A DNA stretch of 64,000 nt from Chrysomallon squamiferum (lineage: Eukaryota; Animalia; Mollusca), in contig CM022665.1 in NCBI GenBank assembly GCA_012295275.1, positions 11,594,001 to 11,658,000 of the forward strand, given 5' to 3'. Shown here one piece after another: positions 22,667 to 33,940 of this stretch (position 1 is the first letter of the stretch; the number at the start of each line of letters is the position of its first letter). The notes beneath the pieces were generated by a model, which ran no database searches, was not told the DNA's origin, and saw only the letters and a program-made list of their open reading frames with translations. The translations under genes were made by a program, and so were the position numbers.

Positions 22667-25409
22667 GTAAGTAAATTATTTAATTATTCATGTTTACCTG
22701 ACTTTATCTTTCAGTCTTTGATATCAGTAATTACATAAGGTGGACAGTAAACTCAAGACATTTTAGGTTTTCAATGACTAATTTGGGTTTTTTTTTTTTT
22801 TAAAATGTATCCATTTTCATTCTTTTGAGAAAGTATTTTTAAAAACCCATTTCAGGTTTGTGGTAGACAGATATACTAAAGATCAACTGAAGATATGACA
22901 TCATGTTGTTTATATGTATATTCTTTTCTATTATTATTATTATTATATTGTTGTTTTTTGTTTCTGTTTTTGTTGTATATTATGGGCATCTTAACCAGAA
23001 ATCCAATTCTTAGAGGATACTGACCATTTTAATCTAATTTTAACTGCTATTTCATTCAAAATAAATAACTGCTTTTTAAATCACTGGCTTGTAATTCTGT
23101 CTTAATCTTTCATTTGCTTTTTCAAATTGATTTTAAAACTGAAAACCTTAAAAATTTTAAAATTAGTCTTATTCAAACTGTAGTATGTTTCTGAAGGTCT
23201 GTGGTTGTTGATTTTTGGCAAGTAGAATAATCTTTAAACAATTCATTTCCTTTCCCAAAAGATGTCGATTCTATTTCACAAATCTTGGGGATTTGTAAAT
23301 AATATTTGAATTTTACTTCAACTTCACTCCATAACTGTTACAATATAAATTCAACAAACACTGTATATGTATATTCAACATTTTTTTATTCAGTTGTTTC
23401 CTACAATATGACATTACCACGAAAACAACTAATATATTAATCCATGCATGACTGTGAATAAATTAATAAATAAAGCAATTACTATGACACACATAGAACA
23501 AATATATTAACATAACTTGCAAACATTACTTACATTAATCAGTATTACTGTAAATATAGTACCATTTTCATTTCACAGCAGAGAATCAGTAAAATAAATA
23601 ATAAAAAAAAGTAGGTTTTGTTTTTTAAATCATGTTTTGGGGATATTGGTGATACTTGTATAAAAACAGTTTTAAATAATGTAATTTGACAAAAAACCCA
23701 CCAAAAAACCCCAAACAATAAAATGTAATGAAAAGTAAATAAATAGTAGAAACATTAAGAAAATAATAATTTTATAAAAAGAAAAATGAATTAGCATACA
23801 GGACATTTCATATCTAATGTGTGAAATTTATTTTATTGAAATGAGTGTTGTATAAGCAGTGTTATATGTGTATGTTTTTAAAATAAGCTTACAAGTGTCT
23901 TTAATTATGTTTTATTAATAAATAATCAAATCATATATTTACACAATAATTTAAATAATATAATTACGCTCTGTATTGATATATTATATGTATATTACAT
24001 TACCTAATACACTACAATAAATAACTAAATAATATTTACATCTGGAAAATGTGAAAGTGTCAGAATTTCAATTTTCCAAAATATTGCAGTGTCAGCCTTG
24101 TTATTGTTTATGATTAAACAAACACTATGTACATAACAGCACAAGAAATAGAGAAGAAAAAAATGGGAATGCTGTTAAATATCACAGATACAAAATGGCA
24201 TTTTTATCTCATCACCAGGGGAGATAAATCTTTCTAGGCTGCCTTTTGCTTTTTGGGCCTTCTAGAGTCATTGGTATGCTAAAGTGACAGAATTATACCA
24301 ATCTAAAAAGGATTGTTTTGCAGTTACAGAAGATTAATTTTGATTTGAAACTTACTGAAAGTTTTATTATTTTCAAAAACTCTGATGACATTATTTTAAA
24401 GACTGAAAATCTGTGATGATAGTTTGATAAAATGTTCTTGTTTTGTTTAATTAGAAAATTGAATATAAAACAATAGAACAAAAGCATATCTTATCATCAT
24501 TATTATTATTATTATCAAATTCAGGTTTGAATTAAAACATATTAAACATATGTAATTTTTAAAATAATAATAAAATTATATTAATTACATTTTAGATACA
24601 TATTGTTGTATTATAAAGAAGCTTCTAGTTTCAAGTTTGTTTTCATCATGACTAGAACCTGTATGTTACTCTTAGCACTGGTACATATTAAATTACATTG
24701 CACATGCTTCAATATAAATAAATAAATAAGTGACAAATATTTACATCTTGTACACAAAACAAGTGTAATTGGACATATACAGTACAGAAAAATCCTGCAA
24801 AATTTTATAAAATTATACCAGATCATTATCATCATTATTATTTTTTAAATTACAAGTCTTCAAATGACACAGAAGCTATAAAATCTCCTTAGTACATATA
24901 TTTCCTTCTTTTATTTTACAATTTAAAACATTTAATTTCATTATTAAAATAAATTTGGTAAAATCTTTTCAATATGAAAAATATTTCTAAAATTTTAATA
25001 AATTTTGCAGAAGTTTTAACTGTTGATTCCAATAAAATTATGATACTTGATGATTGAGCATTTTTGCATAAAATATGGCAAACTGTTGCATTTCTGTACA
25101 CAACACACCTGATTACATAAAACATGACAGAATGATAAAAATCTGTATAAAAACATGGCAAACTGCAACATTTTGTACAAAGCAAAATACATAAAAATAT
25201 GGCACACTACATATATAATTCTTCACACTCGCTATATCAAACTGAAATAGCACATTGTATAGTTCATGTGTGTACTTGCACTGAAGCAGGTAATGATCAT
25301 TCACTATGGACGGCTCATAATATAAAATATTTATCTACAACCAGCACTGTTTTATATGCAGTTTATTTCTAAACTATACTGTTATCTTTAGCCAGCACTG
25401 CTACCTTTA

Positions 25410-25650
25410 GCTTTCTCTGATTTGCACTGTTGATATCTTGATCTTTTCTGATTTGCACTGTTGATATCTTGATCTTTTCTGATTTGCACTGTAGACATCG
25501 TAATCTTTTCTGGCTGGAACTGTTTACGTCTTGATCTTCCCTAATTTGCAGTGTACATAGATATATTTTTTTTTTTTCTGACTTACAAGATATCTTAATA
25601 TCTCTATGACATGCACTGCAGATACCTTTAGTCTTTTCTGATTTGCACAG
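25410..25650. repeat. 31-bp minisatellite (atcttttctgatttgcactgttgatatcttg), decaying to the right
   Basis: Near-identical units at 25410, 25441 and 25472. Confidence 0.85.
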
Positions 25651-26179
25651 CAAATACTAATATTATTAATTTATTTTTATCACAGTAAAATAGATAATAA
25701 GCACTTGTAAAATAAATTATTCACCTAAAATGTTCTGTTTTTGTACTCATATAAGTTTTTGGAGTTTTTGTTCACTGGTTTTTATTAGAGTCTTCTAGAG
25801 AATCCAAAATAAAAGTCTACTAAATCTCTAGTTTGTTTTTAGCTGGTTTGAAGATCTTCACTGGTTTTGTGTAAGAGTTTCCAAACAAGTTTGAATTCTT
25901 TAATTTTAATATTCTTCTATAACTTGACTAGCCTTCTTTATTTTCCATCTAGTATGTTTTTACACATTCTGCCATGTTTGCTAAACAAACACAAAAATCT
26001 TCTTCACTCTTGATTCATGATGTGTGACTAGATATATGACTTGAAAATTTTATGTTTTATCATCCTTTGAAGATGCATTTTGGTGAACATTTTTCTTCAG
26101 TGCCTTTGGAAGGCTGGTTAATAAAACCCTTTTTTTTTTTTTTTTTTTTTTTTAATTTTCTGTCTGTTTACTGTGTGAA

Positions 26180-26300
26180 TCAGCAGTGATAATATTCAGA
26201 ATCAACACTGCAGCGGTTGAAGTCTCCGCTCTCGCGGAATGCAGGATTTCGATGATCCAAAAACAGTGCTTTGTCGTGCTGGTAGCGCCGGTCTTTTATC
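26180..26300 (-). CDS. Nested receptor last coding exon: IKDRRYQHDKALFLDHRNPAFRESGDFNRCSVDSEYYHC*
   Basis: ttttcacag|G; basic stop-transfer residues after the TM; GC/CpG-rich compared with the flanks; TGA at 26182-26180. Confidence 0.88.
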
Positions 26301-29300
26301 CTGTGAAAAAATAATAAGTTTAATAAGTTTCAATTGTTTATTTTTTATTAAATTATATTTTAATTATAAGTTTATTTTAATTAAATTTTATATAACTAGA
26401 ATTTGTTTTTTTATAGTATATTTTATTTTATTTAAGAACACATTATTACAGGAAAAAATAACTTAAGCCAGTCTTTGTTTTATTTGACCAAATCTTTGAA
26501 TTTTTTAATACACTTCATAAGACTTAATAAGATTTGTAAGTTTTTCCAAAAGTTTCTGCAGACATTATAAAAATTATGCTGTAAAATTAAGAAATATTAC
26601 TTACCATTTAACAAGCAGCAAAGCAAGAAGAATAATAAGTATGAGAGTGAGAGTTCCAATCACACCTCCAGCAATTTCAGCTGTAAATAAATAAATGAAT
26701 AAATAAATAAATAAATCTAATTCAAAATTAATTATAACAATAATTTTAATAAAGGTTAATATGCACATACACACCTTTGATCTTTATTATTTTGAAATTA
26801 AATGATAATAATAATAATAGTGATTTTCTTTTCCATTTTTATTATTTATTAAGTCTCATTAAAATCAGCATATGGGTATGAATAAATAAAGAAACAAAAC
26901 AATCCTTTTTGTATATTTTAGAAATCTATTTAAGAACCATCTCATAGGCTTTGTATGATTTTACAACGATTATCAGAATATAACAGATCTGTAGTAGATT
27001 CTAAAGCTTACAGTTTAATCTGTACTTACCAAAAGGTAATGATTTTGGTGCTGGTGTCACTCTGTATATAGGAATTGGTGTCACATGCGATGCTGTTGTC
27101 TTAGACTTGAGTGTGTTCAGAATAGTTGAAGATGGTCTGGCTTTGTTTTCAATGACTGTCTTTGGTTTGTTAGTCTGTTTCATACTGTTCTCAGTACTTG
27201 TAGTAATAGCAGGGAAAGCTGCAATTTAAATAACAGAAACATTAATACAGAATTAAATTGTTATTAAGATTATGTTTAAGAAAGCTGTCTTGTTCTCTAG
27301 TGTCATCAAAATGTCATAATTTTTATTTTTGATTAAAAAAAGAACAGTTTTCACTGCATGGCATGTTGCCCAAACTTCTCACATTATGAATGAATTGTGT
27401 AAAAACATTTAGAGTATAAGAATAATGCATGTAAAATTTATGTGTTTTTACAGTTTCAATTGCTTTGGATATGGAAATATCATTTACTGTGCAGTAAAAT
27501 ACCTTCTTTATGCAGTTTGCATATTTTAGATTGAAATGGTGCTTTTAAGAAAACACATTCAGATAATAAATCAACATTTTTAAAACCAAAAGTCTTTTTT
27601 ATTTTTTTATTTTTTAAATATCTATACAGTCAGTTCTTACTGTCCAGTTTATATGAAGTGTGGGATTGCTTAATAATTTACAACTGTAAAAACTCCAAAG
27701 ATGATACATATTGTTAATTAAGATTCTTTTGAGCACTTTTTTCTCTCTGCTTAGACACATATTCAGATTCCAACATGGGATAATTCACTTGACAAGTTTC
27801 CAAAAATTTTGACTTTTTGTTATTGCTAATTATTGCTGAACCTATCTCCAATATAATATTAATGACTTCAAAATTACATATGGGGTAAAGAAAAAGAGAG
27901 TCAAAAGTTGAAATCTTTTAATAAAATGGTTGTGTGTCATGTTGGTTTGACATTTGTTAAAAGTATGTTTTTTGTGGGGGGAAAAACACACAAAAAAACT
28001 AGCATATGAAAAATATAATAACCAATATAATTTTTAAGAAAAAAACAACAACAAAAAAACCATCTTGAAAAACATAAGTGGCTAATCATTTTATCATTAT
28101 CTTTATGAAGAAAAAAGATTTGAAAAATAGTAGGAGATCATAATTTTGATAATTGTATGGTTGTCTTTATTAAAAAAACAAATGTCTGAAAAACATAAGT
28201 AGCTAATAACTTATATAATTTTATGGTTGTATCTTTGAAAAAACATAAGTAGCTAATAAGAGAAGTAATCTAGTTACTTCAGAATGCTATAAAATAGTAG
28301 CCTAGTGGCAGCATGCAGCACCTAGGATGAGAAAACACATTGCTGATAGCATTTTACTTTAAAAAAGCAGCTCTGCAGTTCAACAACTGACAGCATGTTC
28401 CACTCAGGGCAGGAAGTTTGGTGAATTACTTCAGTTTTTAAGTGGTTAGGTGAGGCATCCTGAAGGCACCAAGTTTGTTAAGAGAGCAAAGATTACTTCA
28501 GCTTGGTGCTGTGGTAGGAAATATGGTATTTGGCTATGGAGGTCCTGTCAATTATATTTGATAATTTACAGGTTTCAGTTAGGATTTACTTTGAAACATG
28601 CATCAGCATCGGTTTGTAAAAAACATCATATGTTTCAGTTATTGCAAAAAGAGAAACTGAAGATAAAAGCAAATTTTCTTCTTTTTTTACTTTTCTTTTA
28701 TGATCTTTTTTCTTTAAATTAAATGTTATTATTTTTTTCATTTCAGTTTATTTATTTATTTGTTTTATTATACCAATGTTATAATGATCTTAAATTGTTA
28801 TTTTTTATTTCAGTTTTGTTATTATTATTTGATTATATTTCTTCTGCTATTGTCAGAAGAGATGAGGCTGAATTTTATCATATATATTCTTTTTATTTTA
28901 AAACACATGTTTTAAATATTTAATTTTGATACTTCATCTGAAAATCAGTGAAAAATGTTTAATGCCAAAACATGGAAATAAACCCCATCATATACTGAAA
29001 TACAGCTTTTGAAAAATCAATTAGAATGAATATTTTAATAATTTCTTTAAGAAAATAATGGCTGTAGGGTAGGTACGAGTGGGATTTTTAAAAAAATATA
29101 TTAATCTTTTATATGATTGATTCAATATGCCTACCTTCATAATACAGCCAGAATCCTTTACTGGTGTTTGGTCCACTGGTGAGCAGCTCAATTTCCAAAT
29201 AATTTCCATAAGTCTTGTATGTGTCATTAGCACGGCGTCCACATAGTGTGATGGTGTGAAACTTGTCATTAAAGTACATCCAGTCGGCACAGTCTGTCTT

Positions 29301-30381
29301 GCCTTTTTGTAGCAGGTCAAGATCTATAATGTGCAGCAGAATCTTCTGTGATGGGTCAACCTGGATGATTGTTTTGCATTTCAGTTGTTTGTGGTAGTTG
29401 TTGGGGTACCGTGGGGTGGCGATGTACCCACTTTCTTCTGTAAGGAGGGGTACACTGCATAGGTCATGTGTTACTGCAGCTGGAAAGAAATAATAAATTA
29501 ATTCTATATATTATGTCTGAATATTTTCTTTTTTTCTTTCTTTTTCTTTTATTCTCTTTTATTCTTAATTTTTTGGGTATCATTTCCTTCTGTCAGAATC
29601 TGGTTTGAAATTATTATGAAATTTTATTTGTAGTTATTTTGCATGAAACCCATTTATTTTAACTTCCTTTTCATAGGAATATTAAATTTTAAAGATTCGA
29701 TTTAGAGCAGTCATTTTAAATATATTTCAAATAGATTAATATTTTAAAAATCTTTTTATCATAGCATAAGACATTTAGAAAAAAAAAAAAAAAAAAAAAA
29801 ACCATTAATCTTATCTACATGTCATTTTCCAAAACAATTTATTTAGTTTATTTTATATGTAATTTTTTAGTTTTGTTTTTTAATTTTTTTACACAAATAT
29901 TATTTCCCTAAAACATTAATTTTATCTGCATTTTATCAAACACATTTATCTTCTTAACACCTTTTGCACTGAAATTCAAACAGACTTATCTTTTTTTGAT
30001 ATCTTTCAAACTGTAATTTAAAATTTTTAACGCCTTTCAAAATCTTTAAAAACTTATTAGTTTGGGGTGTCATTAAAAACATATTTGTTTCAAACATATT
30101 CAAATTATTTGTTTTTTACAAGCCATTGATTATAATTTATAAGCAAGCCAGGCTTGGCTTTGTATGGAAAGGCAAGGTCAAATTGATCACCCTCCAGCTG
30201 TTGCTTAGCCATTGTTGTATCTGTTAGAATGCAGTGTAACTAGGTTTTAGACAGACAGATGTTTTCTTCTCACTGAAAGTGTGTCTGCCTCACCTGGTGA
30301 GCTGAGTGGCGCCAGATCAAAACACACACAGTTCAAAACAGTCTATTTTAGTTACTCTTCAACTAGAAACTAGATCACTAG

Positions 30382-30412
<31 letters not shown>

Positions 30413-30542
30413 TCTTTTCTGTCTTGGCTATATTTTGTTTGTATGTTTATGCTTATTTTTAGTTTGTTTATTTAGTTTTTATATGTTTATTTAGTTTTGT
30501 AAAACAGTTTTCTGAAATGTTTTGCTTACATTTTAATTCTGG

Positions 30543-30573
<31 letters not shown>

Positions 30574-31652
30574 GTTATTTTCTTCATAAAAATCATCAAC
30601 AAAATAATTCACATATCAGCTTCATTCTCTGTTCTCATTAAAAATACTTTGACCATAATAAAAGCATCTAAAATAATAATAAAACCTAAAAAATTTCTAA
30701 AACAAAATACATAAACTGAACTTACCAGGTACACATTCATATTCCACTTGGAAATAGTTGCTGTACCGTCCACAAGATTTGATAAGACTTCCGTAAGTTC
30801 CAGTTGGGAGATTAATACTGCATGACTCCCTTCCCACACAAGGGTAGTCTTCATACTCAGGGAGGACACAGTCCCCCATCTTGTACTCGCATCTCCCCAT
30901 TGGACTGAAGCCATAGAATGCTTTGAGTATCCTCACCATTGAGCCAGCGCCACAAGAAATGTCGATGGATTTCTTTGAGCTGTTGAAACATGCTGAAAGT
31001 CGATCTCCTAGAAGGGGGGGAAAATATATTGAAATTAGTAAAAACATGAAATAAGTCAACTTTGGACAGAAGCCAAAACTGGGATGCAATTTCTGAATCT
31101 GCCAGTATTAAGGTAAAGGGGTTTTCCACTAAGAATATTTTAATTTAATAATTATTACAAAAATAATAAATAGAACATTAATGTTATTTAAAATAGATGT
31201 TGGTCTTATTTGATAAGCTTATTAAAATTCTGTTTTACATAGAAATCAACAAAACAATTTCTGTAAATGAAATAAGTTTAACAGACATTAATGTCGTGCT
31301 CATAGTGAAATAAATCTGTGACTCAGCATAAATACACAGTAATAATAGATTAATTTGACTATGTAATAATCACACGACAGTAATATGTGGAAATATTAAA
31401 AGACATCAGCTGTATATTTTGAATAGCTTTTGCTTATTTCATGTTTGGTATAATGCTGTATATCTATATGTTCGGCTGTGTGTATGTGGACATATGTATG
31501 TATGTATATGTATACAAGATTGAAAATATACAGTGAAAAAGCTTATAGTATTAACCAAACTCACCTTGTACTATAGAGATTAGTGATCCAATCAAGACAA
31601 ATGATACAACTGTTGCACACATGCAGGTATTTTCTTTTGTTCTGCACTTCAT
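26180..31652 (-). CDS. Nested antisense gene: 366-aa type I membrane protein (signal peptide, SUEL/Gal_Lectin-like domain, CUB, S/T/P stalk, TM, cytoplasmic tail); complement(join(26180..26300,26605..26680,27030..27218,29135..29479,30726..31007,31565..31652))
   Basis: Six coding exons (88+282+345+189+76+121 = 1101 nt) with canonical AG/GT sites and matching phases (1,1,1,1,2), open from the ATG at 31652 to the TGA at 26182-26180. Each exon corresponds to one domain. Confidence 0.92.
26605..26680 (-). CDS. Nested receptor exon: transmembrane helix AEIAGGVIGTLTLILIILLALLLVK(W)
   Basis: tttacag|CT ... AATG|gtaagt; 76 nt, phase 1-2. Confidence 0.9.
27030..27218 (-). CDS. Nested receptor exon: Ser/Thr/Pro-rich stalk
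   Basis: ttgcag|CT ... TTTG|gtaagt; FPAITTSTENSMKQTNKPK...VTPAPKSLPF; 189 nt, phase 1-1. Confidence 0.85.
29135..29479 (-). CDS. Nested receptor exon: CUB domain
   Basis: ctttccag|CT ... GAAG|gtaggc; translates DLC..SGYIATPRYPNNYHKQLKC..IIDLDL..DCADWMYF..LCG..NYLEIEL..KGFWLYYE (4 Cys, CUB hallmarks). This frame is missing from the ORF track. Confidence 0.92.
30726..31007 (-). CDS. Nested receptor exon: SUEL/Gal_Lectin-like domain
   Basis: ccttctag|GA ... CCTG|gtaagt; 8 Cys with SUEL spacing: ACF..ISCGAG..AFYG..C..C..CVGRESC..SC..YFQVEYEC. Confidence 0.9.
31565..31652 (-). CDS. Nested receptor first coding exon, signal peptide MKCRTKENTCMCATVVSFVLIGSLISIVQ(G); the exon starts at 31680 with 5'UTR
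   Basis: Acceptor tttcttttttgattcacag| before 31680; aacATG context; donor CAAG|gtgagt; hydrophobic core ending VQG. Confidence 0.85.
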
Positions 31653-32706
31653 GTTTCTTCTTTTTAACTTGTTATTGGTCCTGTGAATCAAAAAAGAAAC
31701 TTTAAAATAGATGAAGAAGAGGAGGAGGAACGGTTGTATTTGATAAACAGGTTTGAGCAAGAATCAAACTGACTGTAAATGAAAGTTCACCTGACATTTC
31801 TAAAAATATTGTGTTAACAGAGAAATCCATTGTACAGCCTGATGGGCAAGGAAGAAAGAACAGGTTCAAGTAAACACTGAGGTTCTGTTTACAAACAAAA
31901 TGCTGTACTTGTTTGGTAAACAGTCCCAGCATGCTTTGGCAGCTGCTCCCGCTGTCAGGAGGCAAGGTCTCAAGAATAATTGATTAATCAGGAAACAAAA
32001 GTCAGATATTAAAAAGAAAAGAAAAAACAAAGGAAGACAAAATTAATTTAATGCTAGTGATATAATTGTAAACCTAAATGAAATCAATTAAAAAAAAAAC
32101 ACATAAAAAAAAAAAAAAAAAAAAAATTATAATAATAATAATAATTAAAAACTTGTTAAATTTTTTTTTTTAAATTCAAATTAAGAAATTAAAAATAAAC
32201 AAATTTGAAAATAAATTATGTAAAAACATTTTTTTTTTTTTTTAAATTAACTTTACAACTCTAGACTGAAAAATTACTAAAATATGATTTGTAAAAAGGA
32301 AAACATATCTTACACATTATGATGAATATAAAAAATATATTTTTTATAACAAATGACAAAAATCCTTTCTTAAAGTAACTAGTTAAACAAAAACAACTAC
32401 AAAAAAGGTCCACCAGGTTCAAATATGAACATTATATCCATTTTGCTGATATTAAAAAATGGAAATACCATTTAAATTATTCACAAGATGATTATAATAA
32501 AATACTTTATAATAAACCACAAAATCCCCTTTTCCGTAATTATAGTTTTATAAAAACACCAGCATCTTTGGCACATTTAGATACCAACAACATAACACTT
32601 TCCATTTCATCAACTGCCCAAGTCTTATCAAGTATAAAACCCACAAAAAACTGTTACTCTGATGACAGCCTATATCTAAAGAGACAAGCAGCTATAATCA
32701 ACTTAC

Positions 32707-32761
32707 CCTTATCAAAGTATTCTCTGTACTGACCGTTCTACAAGGCGGCCCAGCTTTTATA
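32707..32761 (-). promoter_or_regulatory. Core promoter (TATA box + Inr) and 24-nt non-coding first exon of the nested receptor gene
   Basis: On the minus strand, TATAAAA (32761-32755) starts 31 nt upstream of the A of TCAGT (A at 32730). It is followed by the donor AAGG|gtaagt (exon end 32707) and lies in a local CpG cluster. Confidence 0.75.
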
Positions 32762-33499
32762 ACCCACGGCACACGCCGGCAGATTGCTGCCTAATTACCC
32801 ACACGCTCTCTGTTTACACTCACTTATCTCATTTTTCACACAAGCCCCTCTTGCCTTCAGCAGCTCATTAGCATATTAAAGACATGCCCCTCTCAGTCTC
32901 ACAGAGCTTTGTCCAGCTGAATTGCCCTTTTGATAGACAGGAGTTTTTTTTTAGTGGTTTTTTTAAAACCCTTTTTAGATGATAGGTTATAAACAGGGTT
33001 TCTTTCTCCTTCTTATTGTTAAGATGTCAAGTTATAGTAAGACAGACAGATAACAGAGTAATAGATAAAACAAATGGTGGGTTTTTCTTTTTGAAAGATT
33101 TTAATGATTAAAACATACCCTTGAATCTTGTAATATTCCAGGCTATGGCAGTTTTGTATTAAACATAGATCTATTTTTTAAATTTATTTTAGTGTTTGTT
33201 AATTTTTTAAATATTTAAATTTAAAAAACATTTTTTTTTTTTTTTTTAATCTGCTAATAATCAACATTTATTAATCATTACAGTCCTGGATTTTTCAAAC
33301 TTCTATAATAACAGATAGAAGATTTATCTTAATGTCTTTACCTTATCATAATGTCTTTAAGACTTTATTGGCTATAATCCTTATTAAATAAATTGTATTA
33401 CCAAGTCTGAGATTAATAACCATTAAATGAGCAGTCACAGTTTGAGTGGTCAGCCTTCCAGTATTATGCTCCTGTCTCCAACATCAACCATCCACCCAC

Positions 33500-33940
33500 C
33501 TGTCCAGCCCATATCCTGGGGCCCACTTTGATGTGGCGCGTGCCCGGTCAACTTCAAGGGATATAGGGGGGGAGATGAAAGCTGTTCAAATCGGCTTCAT
33601 CTTCCTTTGAACTTGGCTATGGAAGCCAATGACTGGATAGGAGGAAAATAATACAATACCTTCAGGCAAGGAGAATTGTTAATGACATTGGCCTACACAC
33701 CTGGCAGAGTGTGCCTCTCCCTATATGTCTTTTGTGTTCTGTAATAACTGTTGTCAAAAGTACTGCTGCTTTTCAGACAGTGAAAAACTTATAACAATGA
33801 AACACAGGATTAATAAATGGAGTTTTATGTTGTTAAAAAAAATGAGACCAAAGCGGGCGCGTGCCCTGTTGCAGAATGAACCAATGAAAAGGGAGAAAGC
33901 CAGAAGGGTGGTGAGGATAGCACACGCCAGCTGTCTGCAG
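33500..33940. promoter_or_regulatory. Putative enhancer with two Hairy/HES class-C sites and TCF/LEF motifs
   Basis: GGCGCGTGCC (reverse complement GGCACGCGCC) at 33535-33544 and 33856-33865; CTTTGAT 33526, AGATGAAAG 33573, CTTTGAA 33605; locally higher GC. Confidence 0.4.

Noticed and set aside
25369-25653. 94-aa ORF with repeated CKSEK motifs
   Set aside because: Product of a 31-bp (non-triplet) minisatellite, with no splice or Kozak support.
28066-28260. Three copies of tgaaaaacataagtRgctaat with spacers, superficially CRISPR-like
   Set aside because: Eukaryotic intron, unequal and mutually related spacers, no cas genes; an ordinary decayed tandem repeat.
29021-29320. ORF-track protein MTCYKKARQ... 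(and 30609-30914, 30857-31129)
   Set aside because: Alternative frames overlapping the real CUB and SUEL exons.
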